A stretch of DNA of 49,382 nt from Candidatus Buchananbacteria bacterium CG10_big_fil_rev_8_21_14_0_10_33_19 (GTDB lineage: Bacteria > Patescibacteriota > Patescibacteriia > 2-01-FULL-39-33). Location of the stretch: assembly GCA_002773855.1 (NCBI GenBank), contig PEZY01000002.1, positions 1 through 49,382 on the forward strand, in the 5' to 3' direction. This document shows, piece after piece, positions 1 through 8,270 of the stretch. The notes beneath the pieces were generated by a model that was given only the letters and a program-made list of their open reading frames with translations, searched no databases and had not been told where the DNA came from. A program made the translations under genes and the position numbers. Every line of letters starts with the position of its first letter. The first letter of the stretch is position 1.

Positions 1-378
<378 letters not shown>

Positions 379-512
379 ACAAGAATTGGATTATAATCTG
401 AGATTTTTACCAAGCTATTTTTATCTAAATTAAGATAAATATTTAGCTTGGTGATAATTTCAATTGTACAAATTGTCTTTTTTATGATATAATAAGTCTG
501 AATTTGAATTCA

Positions 513-628
513 GAGTCTGGGTGCTTCTAGCGAAGAAGTCACACCTGTTCCCATCTCGAACACAGAAGTTAAGATCTTCAGCGCCGATGATACTCTTCAT
601 TGGGGAAAGTAGGTCAGCGCCCGGACTC
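513..628 (+). rRNA. rrf: 5S rRNA
   Basis: About 116 nt. Helix I pairs GAGTCTGGGTGC with GCGCCCGGACTC. Conserved CCCATCTCGAACACAGAAGTTAAG and GCGCCGATGATACT segments are present. Confidence 0.9.
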
Positions 629-742
629 TGCATTCAAAGGAATGCTTGTACCTTTTAAAAAACTAGTTTTGATAGTTAATTAGTCCTTTTTTTTATATTG
701 GACACCAAGTAATTTATAATTGTCATAACTAGTTGACCAATA

Positions 743-894
743 TTTGTTTCTGAGGAAAGCAAAACGCGACTCCCAATGGGATAAGTCTAAACCGTCATTT
801 ACGGGGTTATGGATGCCACAAAGGCGTCCCAAGTAAGAACATAAGTTCTGAAGACAGGTGAATTACTATTCATCTAAGACTAAGCGGAAACAAA
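743..894 (+). ncRNA. Unclassified structured RNA domain between 5S rRNA and the operon terminator
   Basis: A 10-bp closing stem (743-752 / 885-894) encloses five local hairpins (771-781, 792-804, 811-829, 836-849, 859-872). It is more GC-rich than its flanks and has no ORF. The RNA class was not recognised. Confidence 0.35.
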
Positions 895-906
895 CACAAT
901 TTATTT

Positions 907-939
907 AGACGTTCTCAAAGGAGAGCGTCTTTTCTTTTT
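907..939 (+). terminator. Intrinsic terminator
   Basis: A 10-bp hairpin AGACGTTCTC-AAAG-GAGAGCGTCT is followed by TTTCTTTTT. Confidence 0.7.
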
Positions 940-947
940 GTTTTAAA

Positions 948-976
948 TTGACATAAGCCATATTATAAGCTAATAT
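948..976 (+). promoter_or_regulatory. Sigma70-type promoter
   Basis: TTGACA (948-953), 17-nt spacer, TAATAT (971-976). Confidence 0.5.
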
Positions 977-1016
977 GACAACGAATAGCACTTTATCAAC
1001 CAAAGGAGTTAATATA

Positions 1017-1184
1017 ATGGCTCTAATTACAACTTGTTCAAAGTGTGGACGCAATAAATTAATTGATACAAAAAATATCCATCCATTAAGTCGTATATGC
1101 TATGATTGTGCCCGTAAAAAATCAGATATTAAAAAGCCAACAAACACAGATAATAAACCTGACTTAAATAAAAGGAGATTTTAA
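1017..1184 (+). CDS. Small zinc-ribbon protein (CSKC...CYDC), paralogous to the N-terminus of the next ORF
   Basis: SD AAAGGAG lies upstream of ATG 1017. The longer ORF-track start at 975 sits inside the -10 hexamer, so it was not used. Two CxxC pairs. Confidence 0.55.
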   Translation: MALITTCSKCGRNKLIDTKNIHPLSRICYDCARKKSDIKKPTNTDNKPDLNKRRF

Positions 1185-1185
1185 T

Positions 1186-1572
1186 ATGGCTCTTCTTAAA
1201 GTATGTACTATTTGTCAACGTGAAAAAATTATCGATACTCATTGTAGTCAACAAGGCCTTGTTTGTTTTGATTGTTTTGATAATAATCCTCAACTTAATC
1301 ACCAACCAGATTGTCGAGTTGAAATAAAAAAAAGAATCGAAAGAAATAAAACTCTTGATAATATTCATACTCAACTCGAAGAAAAAATAAAGATAGCCAA
1401 TCAATCCAGAGCAAATATTGAATCTTTAATAGTAGTTCTTCATAATATTGACCCATGTCCAGTATGCAAAGCAATTAATTTTACTAAATGCCAAGCCTGC
1501 TTTGGTCATGGCTACAATCAACGCCCAACTCTGGAACAATTAAGTGAAGTAATGCCAGAAACCAGATACTAA
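1186..1572 (+). CDS. Zinc-ribbon protein with a C-terminal DnaJ-type CxxCxGxG finger
   Basis: SD AAAAGGAG. The N-terminus MALLKVCTICQREKIIDTHC..CFDC parallels the previous ORF. The C-terminus carries CPVC..CQACFGHG. Confidence 0.6.
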   Translation: MALLKVCTICQREKIIDTHCSQQGLVCFDCFDNNPQLNHQPDCRVEIKKRIERNKTLDNIHTQLEEKIKIANQSRANIESLIVVLHNIDPCPVCKAINFTKCQACFGHGYNQRPTLEQLSEVMPETRY

Positions 1573-1576
1573 CTAA

Positions 1577-1601
1577 AAGCGATTAACTAATCGCTTTTTT
1601 T
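1577..1601 (+). terminator. Intrinsic terminator
   Basis: Hairpin AAGCGAT/ATCGCTT followed by a T-run. Confidence 0.6.
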
Positions 1602-1629
1602 ATTTGTTAAAATTTGTTAAGCTAATCTC

Positions 1630-2205
1630 ATGACTAAAGAAAAAAAATTAGAAAAATTAAATAAAGAATGGTCTCAAAAAATAAAATCACCACTACTTAA
1701 AACTTGTAATCAAATAGTAGTGGGTGATGGCAATCCTAATGCAGACATTATTATAATCGGCGAAGCCCCTGGCAAAAAAGAAGATGAATCTGGTCAGCCG
1801 TTTGTTGGAGCCGCTGGGAAATTTTTAGATCAAATGTTAGACAACATTAATTTAAAACGTGATAATATCTACATCACCAATATTGTTAAATGTCGACCAC
1901 CCAACAACCGTGACCCCCTGCCACAAGAAAAAGAAGGGTTTTGGCCATGGTTACTAGATGAAATTAATTTAATTAAACCAAAATTGATTATTACCTTAGG
2001 CAGACATTCTTTATCAAATTTTATAGAAAACCCAATCATATCGCAGGTTCATGGCACTATTGTAGACAAAAATATCCCTAAAATAGGCGCCATTAAAATC
2101 TATGCTCTGTATCATCCAGCCGCTGCGCTATATAATGGTAGTATGCGTGAAACTCTGATTAAAGATTTCAAAAAAATACCAAAAATATTAAAATCAATCG
2201 ACTAA
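1630..2205 (+). CDS. Uracil-DNA glycosylase, family 4
   Basis: Motif GEAPGKKEDESGQPFVGAAGKFLD and C-terminal HPAAALY. Confidence 0.9.
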   Translation: MTKEKKLEKLNKEWSQKIKSPLLKTCNQIVVGDGNPNADIIIIGEAPGKKEDESGQPFVGAAGKFLDQMLDNINLKRDNIYITNIVKCRPPNNRDPLPQEKEGFWPWLLDEINLIKPKLIITLGRHSLSNFIENPIISQVHGTIVDKNIPKIGAIKIYALYHPAAALYNGSMRETLIKDFKKIPKILKSID

Positions 2206-2230
2206 AATATAACTATAATATTTTTCCAAA

Positions 2231-2268
2231 AACAAAACCCCTCTCCGGAGATAGGGGCTTTATTTTTT
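2231..2268. terminator. Bidirectional intrinsic terminator
   Basis: Hairpin CCCCTCTCCGGAGATAGGGG flanked by an A-run and a T-run, between convergent genes. Confidence 0.6.
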
Positions 2269-2278
2269 AAGAAAAATT

Positions 2279-2407
<129 letters not shown>

Positions 2408-2548
2408 GTGTGTTTCACCTCCTTTCAAAATGAGAATTATATTTTGAAATAACCAAATTAATTACTTCAAACTATGTTTATTATACCACAAAAAAAAACT
2501 GTCAACAATACTTGTCCACAGTTTTTTTAAAAAAAATCTTAAACAAAT

Positions 2549-2947
2549 TTATTTTTTAAAATTAAATTTATAATTAATTTTTTTATCTTCTAAATATTTT
2601 TTAAAATCATCCGCTGTTTTAAAATAAATTTTTTCAGCCGGAGAATTATTATATCGCACGCAATCAGTTTGTTTATAGTCTCGACAAATCTTTGGGCGAT
2701 CATCATATATAGTACAAAGCTTTGTTTTTTGATCTAATTTTGAACAAGGGGTCATAAATTCGACATACCAATCATTATCGTGGTCCACAAAAACATTAAC
2801 ATTTTCATGTAATAGTTGCCAAATAATATTATCATAATCAGTTTTATTAGTTGGCTTATCTATGCCAACAGCTATATACCGACAACACAAATCACAGTTA
2901 TCACATAACCTTAAATTTTTTAAATTTTCTTTTTTTTCCTCCGACAT
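2549..2947 (-). CDS. YkgJ-family cysteine-cluster (CxxCxxCC) protein
   Basis: CDNCDLCCRY near the N-terminus plus downstream conserved Cys residues. Confidence 0.8.
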   Translation of the reverse strand: MSEEKKENLKNLRLCDNCDLCCRYIAVGIDKPTNKTDYDNIIWQLLHENVNVFVDHDNDWYVEFMTPCSKLDQKTKLCTIYDDRPKICRDYKQTDCVRYNNSPAEKIYFKTADDFKKYLEDKKINYKFNFKK

Positions 2948-2977
2948 ATTTTATTATGTATAATTTATAAATAAAAA

Positions 2978-3011
2978 ATCCGCTAATATTTTAAGAAGCG
3001 GATATTTTTTT
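2978..3011. terminator. Hairpin with T-runs on both strands
   Basis: ATCCGCT...AGCGGAT stem, with A/T runs on each side. Confidence 0.5.
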
Positions 3012-3590
3012 CAAAAAAGAAGTTTAAATCTTTCAACTCCACCGTCTATTGTTTCCACTACCTATCATAATTTAACTAGACTTTTTTTTAGAATAATCAG
3101 GCACGACACTCTGAGGTCAAAGAATTATTAAATTATTAATTCTAATATTAGAATCACTACTATGTATAACATAGTATATTCCAGCCTCAACTACAACCAA
3201 ATGAAAGTGGAAATATGGAACAATAATAAATAAAGATTTAGATTTTCCAATATCATGATAATTATTTACAAATCAATTTTGATTTTAATAATCTTCTTGA
3301 TCATAAATAAATAAGTCATGAAAAGAGTTATTAGTTATCTCTTTATAAAAAACAGTATGATACTTTTCCTATTGTCCACCTAAGAAGATATCACAATCCA
3401 CTTCCTTTATTTCATTAGGACTTAAACAATTCATACAAAGAAAAAAACTGGAATAATTATTATACTTAATTTAACATCCAAAATAATTTCAGATATTATT
3501 ACCTCCTGTTTTCTTTCTTTGTTATATTTTAATGTTCAAATCACTTTTAAATTTATCATTGATACAATCCAAAGTCAACTTAAAATAATT

Positions 3591-3626
3591 AAAATAAAAA
3601 ACACCTATTTAAAATAGGTGTTTTTT
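3591..3626. terminator. Terminator after tRNA-Ala (minus strand), bidirectional shape
   Basis: A 9-bp stem ACACCTATT/AATAGGTGT flanked by an A-run and a T-run. Confidence 0.6.
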
Positions 3627-3633
3627 ATAACTG

Positions 3634-3707
3634 TGGACCCAAGGGGATTCGAACTCCTGACCTCCTCGGTGCAAGCGAGGCGCTCTAGCCAGCTGAGCTA
3701 TGGGCCC
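3634..3707 (-). tRNA. tRNA-Ala (UGC)
   Basis: Cloverleaf folds. Anticodon loop CTTGCAC. G3:U70 Ala identity pair present. No encoded CCA. Confidence 0.95.
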
Positions 3708-3712
3708 ATATT

Positions 3713-3961
3713 TTAACCTAGTGCTCCAAATAATGGTTTTAATATTGATAAGGCTACTCCTTGAATTAAACCAGTCATTACCATAATAGAAATAATAATT
3801 ACCAAAATTCCTATTGACTGATAAGCAGTCGATCCTCGACCGTAACCAAATATTTTTTCTGACCATTTTGGTTCACCAATAGCTTCTACAAATTTAGCCG
3901 GTTTCCAAACCATTAAACAACCAACTAACAATCCAAATAAACCTAAAAAAAACATCGCCAT
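3713..3961 (-). CDS. Small two-TM membrane protein, hypothetical
   Basis: An 82-aa ORF with hydrophobic N- and C-terminal segments, wedged between tRNA-Val and tRNA-Ala. No obvious SD. Confidence 0.55.
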   Translation of the reverse strand: MAMFFLGLFGLLVGCLMVWKPAKFVEAIGEPKWSEKIFGYGRGSTAYQSIGILVIIISIMVMTGLIQGVALSILKPLFGALG

Positions 3962-3984
3962 GGGATTAACTTTATTTTTTTATG

Positions 3985-4058
3985 TGCACGCTGAGGGATT
4001 CGAACCCCCGACCCCCTCGGTGTAAACGAGATGCTCTAACCAACTGAGCTAAGCGTGC
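3985..4058 (-). tRNA. tRNA-Val (UAC)
   Basis: Cloverleaf folds. Anticodon loop TTTACAC. No encoded CCA. Confidence 0.95.
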
Positions 4059-4065
4059 TTATTAG

Positions 4066-4147
4066 TGCCCAGAGCGGGACTTGAACCCGCACCCTCTTGC
4101 GAGGCCAGCCCCTCAAGCTGGTGTGTATGCCATTCCACCACCTGGGC
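4066..4147 (-). tRNA. tRNA-Leu (GAG)
   Basis: Class II tRNA with a long variable arm. Anticodon loop TTGAGGG. No encoded CCA. Confidence 0.9.
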
Positions 4148-4173
4148 CCACTTCTGCACTAAGTATATTATAT

Positions 4174-4530
4174 TTAAGAAACCTTTTTCTTATCTTTTAA
4201 TTTTTTCTTATAATTTGGCAAGAAATTTAATTTTGCTCTTCTAACCTTGGCAGCTCTAACAAATTCCATCTTAGCAATATTGGGTGAATAAATAGGAAAA
4301 ATCTTTTCTACACCAATACCACCAGCTGCTACTTTTCTGACAGTGATAGTAGCGTTTTTTTGTTTACCACCTTTGTGAGCTAAAATAATTCCTTCAAAAA
4401 TCTGAATTCTTTCTTTTTCCTCACCTTTAACATTTTTTTCTTTGATTTTTTGATGTACCTTAATGGTAACACCAGATTGTATTTTTGGTAAAATCTCTTC
4501 TAACCAATTATTTGTGTCTTTTTCAGCCAT
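4174..4530 (-). CDS. rplS: Ribosomal protein L19
   Basis: MAEKDTNNWLEE...IQIFEGIILAHKGG...TVRKV..GIGVEKIFPIYSPNI. The start was moved to the internal ATG at 4530, because the 36 upstream codons of the ORF-track call overlap the promoter/leader. Confidence 0.9.
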   Translation of the reverse strand: MAEKDTNNWLEEILPKIQSGVTIKVHQKIKEKNVKGEEKERIQIFEGIILAHKGGKQKNATITVRKVAAGGIGVEKIFPIYSPNIAKMEFVRAAKVRRAKLNFLPNYKKKLKDKKKVS

Positions 4531-4569
4531 ATTTTTGTTTTGTCTATAATATTTTGATATTTTTGTTAT

Positions 4570-4646
4570 AAAAACTTGGCATATTTTAGCCAAGACTTTA
4601 ATCACAATTACTAGATAATAGTAGCTAATTTTGACCAAAAAGTCAA
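4570..4646 (-). promoter_or_regulatory. rplS promoter plus leader hairpin
   Basis: Minus strand TTGACT (4646-4641), 17-nt spacer, TACTAT (4623-4618). The leader contains CTTGGC-TAAAATAT-GCCAAG followed by TTTTT (4594-4570). Confidence 0.4.
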
Positions 4647-4662
4647 GTCTAGTCTAGTCTAC

Positions 4663-4750
4663 TGGTGCCCAGGGCGGGACTCGAACCCGCACGGAGTATT
4701 AATCCAAAGGATTTTAAGTCCTTCGTGTCTACCAGTTCCACCACCTGGGC
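4663..4750 (-). tRNA. tRNA-Leu (UAA)
   Basis: Class II tRNA. Anticodon loop CTTAAAA. 3' CCA is encoded. Confidence 0.9.
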
Positions 4751-4914
4751 TTAATTATAACATCTCGGCATAGCCTCAATCAAAAAACTGACGCCCAGTC
4801 GGTGCCGGAGCGATTTTTTATCGCTCGTTGAATACTTCTTTAGATCGTATCCAACCCACCTGGACCAATTATTTTTAACAAAACCCTGAGACTAAATAAA
4901 GTTCAGGGTAATAT

Positions 4915-4991
4915 TGGAGCGGCGAACCGGATTCGAACCGGCGACCTCTTCCTTGGCAAGGAAGCGTTCTAGCCAACTGAACTACCGCCGC
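4915..4991 (-). tRNA. tRNA-Gly (GCC)
   Basis: Cloverleaf folds. Anticodon loop TTGCCAA. 3' CCA is encoded. Confidence 0.95.
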
Positions 4992-5046
4992 AAATTACTG
5001 ACTTAGTATAGCATGTAATAATTAAATTGTAAAGAATCGATCATTA

Positions 5047-6084
5047 TCAAGAAAAATAACCAATTATCTGGTCTATTTTCCTAAAAATAGCCATTTCATT
5101 CTTATTTTTATACTTTAATAAATTTTTTCTAAATTCCGGAATACGGTCTATAAACAATTCTATATCCTTTTTATTAATCTTATTCATCTCTAATCCATAG
5201 CCCATATCTTCCAAATATCTAGCATTAATAATTTGTTCTGTTTGTTTTTTTATGGGCATAGTTAAATATGGTTTTTTCAAATACAAAGCTTCAGATATCA
5301 AACTAAGACCAGCAGTGCCTATTATGGCCTGACAATTAGCTAAATATTTCAACCATTCATGTGAACTATAGTCTTTAAATATAATATTACCATCAACACC
5401 TTTTTGATTAGAACCAAAAACTACAAATTTATAATCTACTAAATGTAATGTTTTTATTAATTCAGTAAAATTTGAATTTTGATAAACCAGAATATAATTT
5501 TCAGCTTGAGGAATTAATTTTTTAATTTCTTGCCTAACAATTGGCGGAAATAAAAATGTATCTTTTCGACGAAGCGGAGTTTCAAAAAAAGTAGTGACTA
5601 AATAATATTTAGCTCCCCAAACCATAGATTTTATAACCAACTTATCAGCTAACAAATCCTTGCGATATTTAGCATTAATTTTTAATTTAGTATTTGTTAA
5701 TTGGTGCTGATTATCCAGTGATATAAGTGGCACTCTTTGTAATTTGGCCAATATTGCTGTTAACGGCTCGAAATCGGTTATTACAATGTCTGGATCAAAT
5801 GATCTAAACTTATCTAATATTTTGTTCCAATATTTTGATTGTTTGGCTACTTGATAAGCATTTTTATAAATTGTACGCCAATAAACCAACTTATTATTCT
5901 TATATTCTAAGCCCAATCCTGGCACCTCATAAACATCAAAATCTTCATCTAAAAAAAATAAAGCTTGACCATAAGTAAAAACCAAGACTTGATGTCCCTT
6001 ACTAACTAGATATTGTAATACCTCTCGACTTCTGGTGGAGTGGCCAAAACCTTGACCAGACACACCATAAATTATTTTTGCCAT
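5047..6084 (-). CDS. Glycosyltransferase, MurG/GT28-like fold (MJ1255-type)
   Basis: N-terminal GVSGQGFGHSTRS glycine-rich loop. 345 aa. Confidence 0.75.
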   Translation of the reverse strand: MAKIIYGVSGQGFGHSTRSREVLQYLVSKGHQVLVFTYGQALFFLDEDFDVYEVPGLGLEYKNNKLVYWRTIYKNAYQVAKQSKYWNKILDKFRSFDPDIVITDFEPLTAILAKLQRVPLISLDNQHQLTNTKLKINAKYRKDLLADKLVIKSMVWGAKYYLVTTFFETPLRRKDTFLFPPIVRQEIKKLIPQAENYILVYQNSNFTELIKTLHLVDYKFVVFGSNQKGVDGNIIFKDYSSHEWLKYLANCQAIIGTAGLSLISEALYLKKPYLTMPIKKQTEQIINARYLEDMGYGLEMNKINKKDIELFIDRIPEFRKNLLKYKNKNEMAIFRKIDQIIGYFS

Positions 6085-6210
6085 AAATTAATAATAACAC
6101 ATAAACTCCATTTATATTATATCTGATCTTGCATAATAACAAGTTATATTATATTATTTATTTTAAGTTTAATTAGCACATTTACATAAAAACCAAGAGG
6201 AGTAATAGCA

Positions 6211-6387
6211 ATGAAAACATTAAAAGCCTTTTTAATACTAATAGCTGCTATTCTTTCTATATTGTCTTTATATTTTACATACGCACAAAATATTAATTTA
6301 AGCTTATTATTAGCTTCGATGGAGTTACCATTTCTTTGGGCATACATATTCATTGACACTATTAACACTAAAAACAATAACCACTAA
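6211..6387 (+). CDS. 58-aa small membrane protein, hypothetical
   Basis: SD AGAGGAG lies upstream of ATG 6211. The N-terminus is hydrophobic. It is immediately followed by a terminator (6379-6404). This is preferred over the antisense 77-aa ORF-track call. Confidence 0.4.
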   Translation: MKTLKAFLILIAAILSILSLYFTYAQNINLSLLLASMELPFLWAYIFIDTINTKNNNH

Positions 6388-6440
6388 AAACTAGTGGTTT
6401 TTTATTTGTCAGATTACCCAGCAAGTGATAATATTACCCC

Positions 6441-7469
6441 ATGGAAAATGAAGAAAAAAATCTAACCTCTGCCAAAGAAGAAAGCGGTGACAATTTAATA
6501 GATGTCACTCTTAGGCCCCAAAGACTAGATGAATACATTGGTCAAGAAACAGCTAAAGATAACTTAAAAATATTTATCGAAGCAGCTAAAGCCAGAAACG
6601 AGTCGCTGGAACATGTTTTAATTTTTGGCCCACCAGGATTAGGTAAAACTACCTTGGCTCATATTATTGCCAATGAAATGGGCAGTAATATAAAAGTAAC
6701 TTCTGGCCCAGCTATCGAAAAAACCGGGGATTTAGCGGCTATTTTAACCAATCTTTCTGATGGCGACGTTTTATTTATCGATGAAATTCATCGTATGAAT
6801 AAAACTATTGAAGAAATTCTTTATCCGGCCATGGAAGATTATGCTCTTGATATTATAATTGGCAAAGGCCCTTCAGCTAGAACTCTTAGATTGGATTTAC
6901 CAAAATTTACTATCATTGGCGCCACGACCAAAGTTAGTGGTTTATCTTCGCCACTACGAGATCGTTTTGGTAATATTTTTAGGCTAAATTTTTATTCACC
7001 AGCTGAAATTGAACAGATAGTTAATCGAGCCGCTAAAATATTAAACACCGAAATAGACAGTCATTCCCTGCAAGAAATAGCTAAAAGATCTAGACAAACA
7101 CCCAGAATTGCCAACAGACTATTAAAGCGAGTCAGGGACTTCGCCCAAGTTAAAAAAAATGGTAAAATAGATCAAGAAATTGCCAATGAAGCTTTAAATA
7201 TGTTAGAAATTGATAATTTTGGCCTAGACAATATTGATAGACAATTTCTAAATGCTTTAATTAATAAATTTTCTGGTGGCCCAACTGGCTTAAACACTCT
7301 AGCTTCTTCACTATCAGAAGAAATGGATACTATCGAAGATGTGATTGAACCATTTCTACTACAAATTGGATTTATTAACAGAACCCCTCGCGGCCGAATA
7401 GCTACCGAATCAGCTTATCGACACCTAAATATAGAACCACCAACTAATTTACAAGATAAATTAATATAA
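6441..7469 (+). CDS. ruvB: Holliday junction branch-migration helicase RuvB
   Basis: [12 protein letters not shown], Walker [10 protein letters not shown], Walker B LFIDEIHR. Confidence 0.95.
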   Translation: MENEEKNLTSAKEESGDNLIDVTLRPQRLDEYIGQETAKDNLKIFIEAAKARNESLEHVLIFGPPGLGKTTLAHIIANEMGSNIKVTSGPAIEKTGDLAAILTNLSDGDVLFIDEIHRMNKTIEEILYPAMEDYALDIIIGKGPSARTLRLDLPKFTIIGATTKVSGLSSPLRDRFGNIFRLNFYSPAEIEQIVNRAAKILNTEIDSHSLQEIAKRSRQTPRIANRLLKRVRDFAQVKKNGKIDQEIANEALNMLEIDNFGLDNIDRQFLNALINKFSGGPTGLNTLASSLSEEMDTIEDVIEPFLLQIGFINRTPRGRIATESAYRHLNIEPPTNLQDKLI

Positions 7470-7473
7470 TTTA

Positions 7474-7728
7474 ATGATTACAATTTCAGTATTTTATTAT
7501 TTATATCTACTTATAATGTTATTTTTTGCAATCTATAGCTTTTTTAATATTTATCATCTAATAAGATTTGGTTTTGCTAGTTTAATCAATGTTCTGATTA
7601 TTACTACCTATATTGCCATAACTACAATTCTAATTATTTATTCTTTATCTTTATTATCACAAATAGATTGGACTATACCAATAATTAATCTAGATATGAA
7701 TTCTTTTAATACAAGTCTTAATATTTAA
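7474..7728 (+). CDS. Hypothetical membrane protein
   Basis: An 84-aa hydrophobic ORF tightly spaced between ruvB and the next gene. Confidence 0.5.
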   Translation: MITISVFYYLYLLIMLFFAIYSFFNIYHLIRFGFASLINVLIITTYIAITTILIIYSLSLLSQIDWTIPIINLDMNSFNTSLNI

Positions 7729-7730
7729 CC

Positions 7731-8270
7731 ATGATTTCTAAACATCAAATCCCCAATCAACATGCTGGCGAAGAAATTATTTTTCATATTAGAAGACATT
7801 GGTTTATTTTTTTTAAAATTTTTTTATTCTTTGTGTTATTATCACTGGTTCCAGTGGCTTTATACTATTTAATTAATCAAAATATGCCCATTCTTTTGGA
7901 CGGAAATATAAGCTACCCATTGATTTTAATTCTATTTCTAACATACTACCTAATACTTTTAATTGCCTTATTTACCGCTTGGACCGAAACATATTTAGAC
8001 GTCTGGACAATTACTACAGATAGAATAATTAGTCGTGAACAGAATGGCTTATTTAATCGAGTAGTTTCTGAATTAGATTTAAGAAGAGTTCAAGATGTAA
8101 CTGCTGAACAAAAAGGATTTTTTCCAACTATTTTTTATTATGGTGATGTTTATATTCAATCAGCTGGTGAAAAAGAAAGATTTGTATTTGAACAAATACC
8201 ACAACCCTACAAAATTGCCAAAATCATTCAACAATTAGATGAAAAAGCCAAAAAAAACTCCCTTAAATAA
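7731..8270 (+). CDS. Membrane protein with a bacterial PH (YdbT-like) domain
   Basis: Two N-terminal TM segments, then LDVWTITTDRII...DLRRVQDV...GDVYIQSAG. Confidence 0.65.
   Translation: MISKHQIPNQHAGEEIIFHIRRHWFIFFKIFLFFVLLSLVPVALYYLINQNMPILLDGNISYPLILILFLTYYLILLIALFTAWTETYLDVWTITTDRIISREQNGLFNRVVSELDLRRVQDVTAEQKGFFPTIFYYGDVYIQSAGEKERFVFEQIPQPYKIAKIIQQLDEKAKKNSLK

Noticed and set aside
751-760. GAGGAAAG string suggesting RNase P RNA downstream of the 5S
   Set aside because: The closed domain is only about 150 nt. There is no complementary P4 3' strand (ACAGAA..GGCUUA) and no CR-II/III-like motifs.
1129-1404. 91-aa antisense ORF opposite the zinc-ribbon genes
   Set aside because: It is a shadow ORF in AT-rich sequence with no SD and low-complexity translation. 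The sense strand has SD-led paralogous genes.
3609-3866. 85-aa minus-strand ORF from the ORF track
   Set aside because: Its C-terminal part is a translation of tRNA-Ala (PIAQLARAPRLHRGGQEFESPW). It also overlaps the better-supported 82-aa membrane ORF in another frame.
4751-4914. Possible small RNA (SRP-like) between tRNA-Gly and tRNA-Leu, with CTGACGCCCAGTCGGTGCCGG faintly similar to the 4.5S 3' strand
   Set aside because: No GGAA-tetraloop helix 8 or matching 5' strand is present. Only short hairpins are seen (GAGCGAT/ATCGCTC, and CCCTGA/TCAGGG acting as a terminator after tRNA-Gly). There is not enough to call a feature.
6144-6377. 77-aa minus-strand ORF
   Set aside because: It has no SD and an implausible sequence. 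The opposite strand has an SD-led 58-codon ORF that ends at a clean terminator.
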